This document shows, one piece after another, positions 36,847 to 37,482 of a stretch of DNA of 37,482 bases. This DNA is from Asterionella formosa (taxonomy: Eukaryota). The notes below the pieces were generated by a model. That model made no database searches. It had not been told where the DNA came from and worked only from the letters and a program-made list of their open reading frames with translations. Position 1 is the stretch's first letter; every line of letters starts with the position of its first letter. Both the position numbers and the translations under genes were made by a program. The DNA lies in NCBI GenBank assembly GCA_002256025.1, contig NKIB01015230.1, forward strand, positions 1 to 37,482. Direction: 5' to 3'.

Positions 36847-37355
36847 GATGGTGAAAATGGTCAGATACAGCTAGCGATGCACGTGGCAGATAAAGAAGAT
36901 CTGGAGATATTCACCACCATTGTCAGAAGTAATGAAGCAAGTGTAATGACATGATAGATTCTGCATCCAACCAAAAGCTTAAAAAAAATAACATACCAGC
37001 TCTACTATGGCTACCGAAACTTTAGTCTTCGTGCACCCAGCCATAGAGAAATTTGTACAATCAACAAATAAAGTTTGCCTCCATCTGATCCCTAATTTGG
37101 CAGTGCAGCATTAGGGGTTTCATAATCCAATTCTCATTTTCTTTTGTGCTACTATTATCAATTCAGGATCAGCCCCTCCAATTAGAAACCAAATCAATAT
37201 TGGGTTGGTAAGTAAGTTTGAACACAAAATCTGACAATGCCAGGAAGTGTTAAGTGGACTACCCTACTAGCAATGGAGTGTTCTTCAAGCATTTAATAAG
37301 TGAAGTTGATAGATAGAAACCAATCTATTTGCAGCACCAAAATACCACTCTTAAA

Positions 37356-37482
37356 AGCCCATTAATTAGCTGATACCGGTAGTGCTTCAATCTTTCAAAT
37401 GTGGTGTAAAAGTAAATAACAACTTACTCATCATGGCCATTTCGTCAATTCCCACACCTTTTGCAAAATGGGAATCCCACTG
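37356..37482 (-). repeat. Right terminal inverted repeat (127 bp)
   Basis: Exact reverse complement of 1-127; ends ...GGGAATCCCACTG. Confidence 0.97.

Larger units (their letters stand above)
1..37482. mobile_element. Putative giant non-autonomous TIR DNA element or composite transposon carrying cargo
   Basis: Perfect TIRs begin CAGT, as in Tc1/mariner/pogo termini, and a decayed ORF starts just inside the right TIR. No TSD is visible because flanks are absent, and no intact transposase is seen. Confidence 0.45.

Noticed and set aside
1..37482. Polinton/Maverick, virophage or linear plasmid, suggested by size and TIRs
   Set aside because: No protein-primed PolB, packaging ATPase, capsid or integrase ORF is recognisable. 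The content is host genes plus decayed TEs.

Overview
Eukaryotic, AT-rich genomic DNA, most likely diatom. This is inferred from a bipartite-targeted gene, RXL-type propeptides, CoDi-like Copia fragments and GT-AG introns. The window is bounded by a perfect 127-bp terminal inverted repeat (1-127 / 37356-37482, 5'-CAGTGGGATTCCC...). Inside are three apparently intact host-type genes: one probable plastid-targeted protein and two secreted potato-inhibitor-I (I13) protease inhibitors with LRKRxL sites and TKAP/TKSP linkers. The rest is nested, decayed transposon material: two Ty1/Copia remnants, two Plavaka-like transposase pseudogenes (one convergent with a ULP1-like protease ORF), a TIR-complete pogo/DDE_1-like element whose transposase is frameshifted at an (AC)n tract, an unclassified inverted-repeat family, and a degenerate multi-kb tandem array of unknown intron-containing ORFs. 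The main candidate novelty is a 37.5-kb TIR-bounded cargo-carrying macro-transposon. The main caveat is that 127 bp equals a common assembler k-mer size. All family assignments come from motif recognition by eye; no searches were run.
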